A stretch of 64,000 nt of DNA, taken from the IMG/VR virus record IMGVR_UViG_3300023314_000001, positions 1-64,000 of that record; one strand, given 5' to 3'. Numbering within the stretch: position 1 is the stretch's first letter; every line of letters begins with the position of its first letter. Under the pieces are notes generated by a model that was not told where the DNA came from, ran no database searches, and saw only the letters and a list, made by a program, of their open reading frames with translations. Positions 60,601 through 64,000 of the stretch are shown here, piece by piece. The stretch is from a virus. Position numbers and translations under genes: made by a program.

Positions 60601-63600
60601 GTCCTTTTATGTATGAAAATCCTCAATTGACTCAAAGTGATTCAGTGATATATCCATTAGGAATAACAATAGATGAAACCACAATAAATTCATTTTTAGA
60701 TATTGCGGTTAATAACGGACTACTTAACGAAGAAAAAAGAAATCAAATATCAGGATATGAAATATTCAGAGGAGATATAGCGCAAGATAGAAGTATAATG
60801 TCTTCGGGGCTTATATTTGATATGAGAAAGTACACAGATGACAATGACAAAACACAGTCTATTTATTATTCTAATTACCCTTATAATGATCTAGGAAGTG
60901 ATATTTTAAATTATTCAGATAGAAGCAGAACAACATTTATCCCACATCCTTACAATGGATTAAAGAATGATAAATTCACTTATCATAGTCCAGAAACAGA
61001 TTATTATAGATATACACTACCAACAGAATTATCTGTTCAGGGATATGTATTCGGCCAAACAGACAACAGTTATTTTAATGAAGTAAAAGATCATCCAAAA
61101 TTTGTAATATTAACAAGAAAAGCAAAAGATTTAGCAGGATTATTAGCAGGATTAGAAGTAGCCACAGAAGTAGCAGTACAATTGGCAAATGCAGGAGAGA
61201 ATTATAGAGTTGCAGCAGGATTTGTAGTATCTGTGAATCCAGCAGGTATTGTACTTTCTATTATAGCAGGAGCTTTATCAGCAATTAGTTCTGTAGTTGT
61301 AAATTATGGCCGACACCGATTAGACTGGATAAAAGCATTTAGAGATTTAGGGCAACCTGAAAACTTCTCTTCATATTTTCATTCTAGTGCTAAGTACAAT
61401 TACATGCAATTATTACAAGAAAATGGAAATCAAATCAGATCTTTATATTCGGCAAAATATTTAAAAGAAGGTAATTTTTCACAAGTAGATGATGTTACAG
61501 GAGAAAAAATAAGCATAAATAATTTAGACAGAGAAAAATCTGTTTTATTAACTTTAGGCGTTTCTAATACACTAAATTATCCTACAGAATACGTATCTTT
61601 TGATAATAATAAAATAGATACAAACACATCTTCTTTAACTATAGCAAGTCAAAATAATGCTTGTACTACAGGGATAAGTAAAGTAATAAAGAAAAATGTG
61701 GCCAACCCATACGTAGCTTTAAAAAACTACTTGCCTTCACAATACGGTACAATTAATTCTATAAAATGGTTGTCAACAGGATACAGAGGAGACTTGAAAA
61801 ACCCTAAAACAATATGCTTATCTATTTTTGGAGGGGACACTTTTATTTCCAGACACACACTTAAAAGAAAAATGCCGTTGTTTACAGACACAGCATTTGG
61901 TTTAGCTAGTTTAACTCCATTTAATTATAAATTTTATTCTAATATAGGAAGAGAACCTAGATTTTATGTAGATTATGAAGTAATGACAGACTATAGAAGA
62001 CAGTCTGCTTTATTCCCAGACATAGATTATGATTTAAAATTTGATTGTGAAACTAAACAAACTAATTACTATAGACCACCGAGCAAATTTTATCTGTATT
62101 ATTACGGAGTACCTAATTTCTTAACTGAAACTAGAATAAATACCTGGAATAGAACCGCCGAACCAACACTAGAAAGAAACTTTTATCCAAATACAGGAGA
62201 TACATCTGAATGGACACAAGAAAAAAACGTTTCAATTAAAAAAGGAGAATTTTTCTTCTATAATCAAATATACTCTAAACCTGTAACCACTACAGCATAT
62301 AGAACATTGTCAGATAATTTTGATCAGTCAGAAAGCGATTGTAGAAATGATAATCCTAATGGTATAATGTGGTCGCAACCAGATAATAGTGAAAACAATT
62401 ATAATGATCCTTACTTAAATTACAAACCATTAGACTTTTATGAGTTTGACAGTAAATATGGCAAACTAAAAGATATCCGCACAATTGAAAGAGAGCAAAT
62501 TCTAATTAGACAAGAAAATGCAACTTCTCTATTTAATGCTATTGATGTAGCTGTAGATGATGGTAAAAGAGCGGATTCAAGAAATTTATCTTCAGCTTTT
62601 GCAAGAAGACCGATGACCTATTCAGAAACAGATCTTGGATTTGGAGGAACGGGAAGTTCAGAATCCGTAAGTTGTGAGTTTGGCCATTATCATGTAGATG
62701 CTAAAAGAGGACAAGTTATTGAGATTCCAAGTGGCGGACAAGGAATGAACGAGATATCTAGTTTAATAAACGGTAAACCAAGCGGAATGAGAAATTGGTT
62801 TAAAGAACATCTTCCATTTAAAATACTAAAATCTCAAATAGCAAATATAAGCGATTTAGACACAGATAATGCAATAAATGGAGTTGGTATAGCTATGGGA
62901 TATGATAGTCGATTCAGACGTGTATTTATAACTAAAAAAGACTATATACCTAAAGTTGATCCATGTTTAAAATTTGATAAGAATATTGGTTTTTATACAG
63001 ACTGTGGAGAAAGTGAGATAACTTGTCCGATAGGATACGAATATAATCCAACAACAGAATTATGTGAAAAAATAACATTATCAGGAACCTTGTGTCCAGA
63101 TGGATATATTTATGATGAAGATATACAGACATGTACACTTTCAACGACAGTACCAGCAGATTGTGATTGTGAAGCTACAGTAGTTGCAACACCACCTTCT
63201 CAAAATATAAATAGTGGCCAAACAACAAACATCACTTTAAGTGGAGATCTAGGAGCACTTTTCACATGGACAGTAGTTCAAAGCGGAGTTACAGGAGCAA
63301 CAAGTGGATCAGGAACATCAATAACTGATTTATTAATTAATGATGGAATTACTTCGGGTACGGCTGTTTATACGATCACACCTACAATTGATGGATGTAT
63401 TTCAATTACAACAGTTGTTACAGTGACAGTTCAACCGCCAGCCATAAATTTTGATGTTGTTTCGACAAATTGGGGAACATTGTCTACAGTAAGTGCTTGG
63501 GAATCATTTTTCTTAACGCAATCTGGAACAACTTTTGCAACTATAACTAATTTTTCATTAACTGGCGGAAGAGTTAGATTTAGAATAAATACGGATGCAA

Positions 63601-64000
63601 CAAGCTTATTTTTAAATGGCAGAAATATAACTACTGTTAATATTATAAGTATAGCAACTCTTAGTACATTATTATTAACTGCAAACCAAATCGTAACATT
63701 TAATCCTATTGAAGCTTTACCAAGTGGATTGTCGGTATTGACTTTGCAAACTAACCAAATTGTAACATTTAATCCAACAATTCCATTACCTAGTAGTTTA
63801 AATACTTTAAATCTGGCTGTTAACCAAATTGTGACATTTAACCCTGCTATTGCTTTACCTGCTAACTTACAAAATTTAACTTTACAGTCTAACCAAATTG
63901 TGACATTTAACCCTACTTTACCATTACCTAGTAATTTAAAAAGTTTAACGTTATCTACAAATAAAATTGTAACATTCGATCCAACAATAGCCCTACCTTC
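57627..64000 (+). CDS. giant virion or adhesin-like protein, 5' portion only (more than 2124 codons, open at the window end)
   Basis: Hand translation in the frame starting at TTG 57627 (first in-frame ATG at 57771) is open to 64000. The frame was spot-checked at 58080, 59400, 60591, 62370 and 63996. An in-frame stop lies at 57615-57617. The ORF is not in the supplied track. It contains Cys-rich segments, a hydrophobic stretch, a PKD-like domain and at least 5 LRR units. Confidence 0.8.
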   Translation, partial: MTKPDIKFNQPQRGLNRDQYNLGEADYSTLLNGLFDGIDGGSFTLTNEMSNLLSSRFKAGFKVINGTNDIYSNSTYFFLVNPTTGVGEFGQIKNVQQIQNIDDLQNDCEGCVKYFDLAEPLENITQTELNTYETLLNDECHILAGEPEKGFQFSINSPIKKTVIKNEKCGKTIYFTDDNTPPRYIVLDNLQQYKQTGDINCGVDEIIPTCLDADKLLIFKRYNLPELTPVSIELGGRLKLGTYEFLIAYTDQLGNEISEYTSITNPIQIFDRNNVTLTQAELGTPTNFSIKLQVGNLDKRFTHYKIAVIQTTLEDVGVTRFFVEGIHNINDTTVIYGGEQNKQTIELSDLIRENLYIQRWEFLTESNNSLIGAGITTEKEINLQPIVNLLGSFLKWQTHIAKEDLYKDGVKDSLYLSINRDEVVPYSIRFLLEGGYKTSLFPLINRNAKESDLIEVPVTNKDRVSIESNKSACNSTDRTKYWQYYNTATEDEDFCSSDSLEIVEVQEDIQKNCVYQNVITTPGATFSIETTQNYVDLTTFITDTITNGDCLTYANCPSPSDPNSYPFCNYFDIDCYTNLNCTPNYNNCEAPILDDEELIVGAIVGESATMVDAIFPTEYVKTKPPQTCTIYELDTSTGNPKRNTDFENAFMQCVLAIPPRPRIAFYRTLQFENLECTYADAIAEITPTSSFNQGYFHDYYGASTIAELQTTKDTVASGAEWTNKLHKGVLWFKGDILSRDRFVLEVSKIKELQDTDDISAGTNIRVSIYNKCNSTTPLYSKVVDAGQGEMLFFQKADNSLDWTITNEAGTSTNIGQISGQNFYVAIDAKIISQVNCDPAAVYRTAPLSGCFAVVIRSREYSRIDVTYESIRIDKKQTYTATCTFNKPVANSCIATPYKKGDFAYWESQEIYPDNTSLYDSSTLKIKPADINIFQREKFELEFVEGTTISEVFIPILDSEGNYQWKKDSVEKPLVNFTCRNIRHFKFPDNKVSPFMYENPQLTQSDSVIYPLGITIDETTINSFLDIAVNNGLLNEEKRNQISGYEIFRGDIAQDRSIMSSGLIFDMRKYTDDNDKTQSIYYSNYPYNDLGSDILNYSDRSRTTFIPHPYNGLKNDKFTYHSPETDYYRYTLPTELSVQGYVFGQTDNSYFNEVKDHPKFVILTRKAKDLAGLLAGLEVATEVAVQLANAGENYRVAAGFVVSVNPAGIVLSIIAGALSAISSVVVNYGRHRLDWIKAFRDLGQPENFSSYFHSSAKYNYMQLLQENGNQIRSLYSAKYLKEGNFSQVDDVTGEKISINNLDREKSVLLTLGVSNTLNYPTEYVSFDNNKIDTNTSSLTIASQNNACTTGISKVIKKNVANPYVALKNYLPSQYGTINSIKWLSTGYRGDLKNPKTICLSIFGGDTFISRHTLKRKMPLFTDTAFGLASLTPFNYKFYSNIGREPRFYVDYEVMTDYRRQSALFPDIDYDLKFDCETKQTNYYRPPSKFYLYYYGVPNFLTETRINTWNRTAEPTLERNFYPNTGDTSEWTQEKNVSIKKGEFFFYNQIYSKPVTTTAYRTLSDNFDQSESDCRNDNPNGIMWSQPDNSENNYNDPYLNYKPLDFYEFDSKYGKLKDIRTIEREQILIRQENATSLFNAIDVAVDDGKRADSRNLSSAFARRPMTYSETDLGFGGTGSSESVSCEFGHYHVDAKRGQVIEIPSGGQGMNEISSLINGKPSGMRNWFKEHLPFKILKSQIANISDLDTDNAINGVGIAMGYDSRFRRVFITKKDYIPKVDPCLKFDKNIGFYTDCGESEITCPIGYEYNPTTELCEKITLSGTLCPDGYIYDEDIQTCTLSTTVPADCDCEATVVATPPSQNINSGQTTNITLSGDLGALFTWTVVQSGVTGATSGSGTSITDLLINDGITSGTAVYTITPTIDGCISITTVVTVTVQPPAINFDVVSTNWGTLSTVSAWESFFLTQSGTTFATITNFSLTGGRVRFRINTDATSLFLNGRNITTVNIISIATLSTLLLTANQIVTFNPIEALPSGLSVLTLQTNQIVTFNPTIPLPSSLNTLNLAVNQIVTFNPAIALPANLQNLTLQSNQIVTFNPTLPLPSNLKSLTLSTNKIVTFDPTIALP
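63660..64000 (+). repeat. tandem 69-bp coding repeat (23-aa leucine-rich repeats)
   Basis: AACCAAATYGTRACATTTAAYCC recurs at 63684, 63753, 63822 and 63891, with a degenerate copy at 63960. The period is exactly 69 nt. The peptide unit is L-x-L-x-x-N-Q-I-V-T-F-N-P-x-x-x-L-P-x-x-L. Confidence 0.85.

Noticed and set aside
25500-63144. Minus-strand ORFs inside the rightward block: 25500..25820, 26830..27075, 28437..28754, 28764..28955, 29966..30265, 31052..31495, 31984..32175, 34601..34786, 35478..35735, 36030..36269, 36463..36741, 37300..37584, 37717..37971, 39150..39374, 42514..42723, 45260..45544, 45513..45707, 45916..46158, 47179..47370, 51733..52106, 55648..55842, 56400..56612, 58079..58351, 58631..58882 and 62950..63144. 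Also the plus-strand ORF 48290..48487.
   Set aside because: They are antisense or out-of-frame shadows of well-supported genes (groEL, terL, portal, capsid, fibres, giant ORF). None has a promoter box, and none has a plausible composition.
63660-64000. Regular 69-bp direct repeats that could superficially suggest a CRISPR-like or satellite array.
   Set aside because: The repeats are contiguous with no spacers, in frame within a long ORF, and encode a canonical leucine-rich-repeat consensus. Likewise, the repeats at 47503-47665 and 54386-54747 are coding.
1-64000. Possibility that the window is a prophage or integrative element, or uses a reassigned stop codon.
   Set aside because: No integrase, recombinase or att-like repeats and no flanking bacterial housekeeping genes were seen. 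Long uninterrupted ORFs with standard stops occur throughout both blocks, so there is no sign of TAG or TGA recoding.

Overview
AT-rich (roughly 30% GC by eye), gene-dense window that looks like about 64 kb of a virulent tailed phage of a Bacteroidota (Flavobacteriia-type) host. The host assignment rests on repeated TTG-N19/20-TAnnTTTG promoters, a DUF1573-like protein and a Bacteroidota-type PKD-like domain. No integrase, att site, CRISPR array or rRNA was seen.

There are two divergent transcription blocks that meet near 24.2 kb.

(1) 1-24.1 kb, all on the minus strand. This is an early/DNA-metabolism block of about 55 mostly small genes. Recognisable products are a DEDDh 3'-5' exonuclease, PhoH, a RecA/UvsX-like recombinase, an SSB-like protein with a DLPF acidic tip, and GIY-YIG, HNH and AP2 nucleases. 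It also carries one tRNA-Met(CAT) and an operon of GroES-like, coiled-coil membrane protein, BCS1-type AAA+ ATPase and ClpP-like peptidase.

(2) 24.3-64 kb, plus strand except one gene. It encodes a GroEL-like chaperonin with a TTG start, a T5orf172 homing endonuclease, a 910-aa large terminase, portal, scaffold and major capsid candidates, and a second homing endonuclease. These are followed by a lysis cassette with a PF11860-type muramidase and about 18 kb of fibre or adhesin-like genes.

The last gene is a giant ORF (57627 to beyond 64000, more than 2120 aa). It is absent from the supplied ORF track because it has no stop codon in the window. It carries Cys-rich, PKD-like and 23-aa leucine-rich-repeat modules.

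Non-coding signals:
- Four near-identical 45-nt late promoters, plus looser copies.
- Three promoters whose -7 box sits exactly 4 nt from the ATG, suggesting leaderless mRNAs.
- Seven hairpin plus T-run terminators.
- A dyad-symmetric T-run/CG-core/A-run element (for example TTTTCGCGCGAAAT), seen about 27 times by eye at or near gene junctions in the early block.
- A roughly 1-kb ORF-free region (4281-5260).

All functional calls come from motif recognition by eye. No database search was run.
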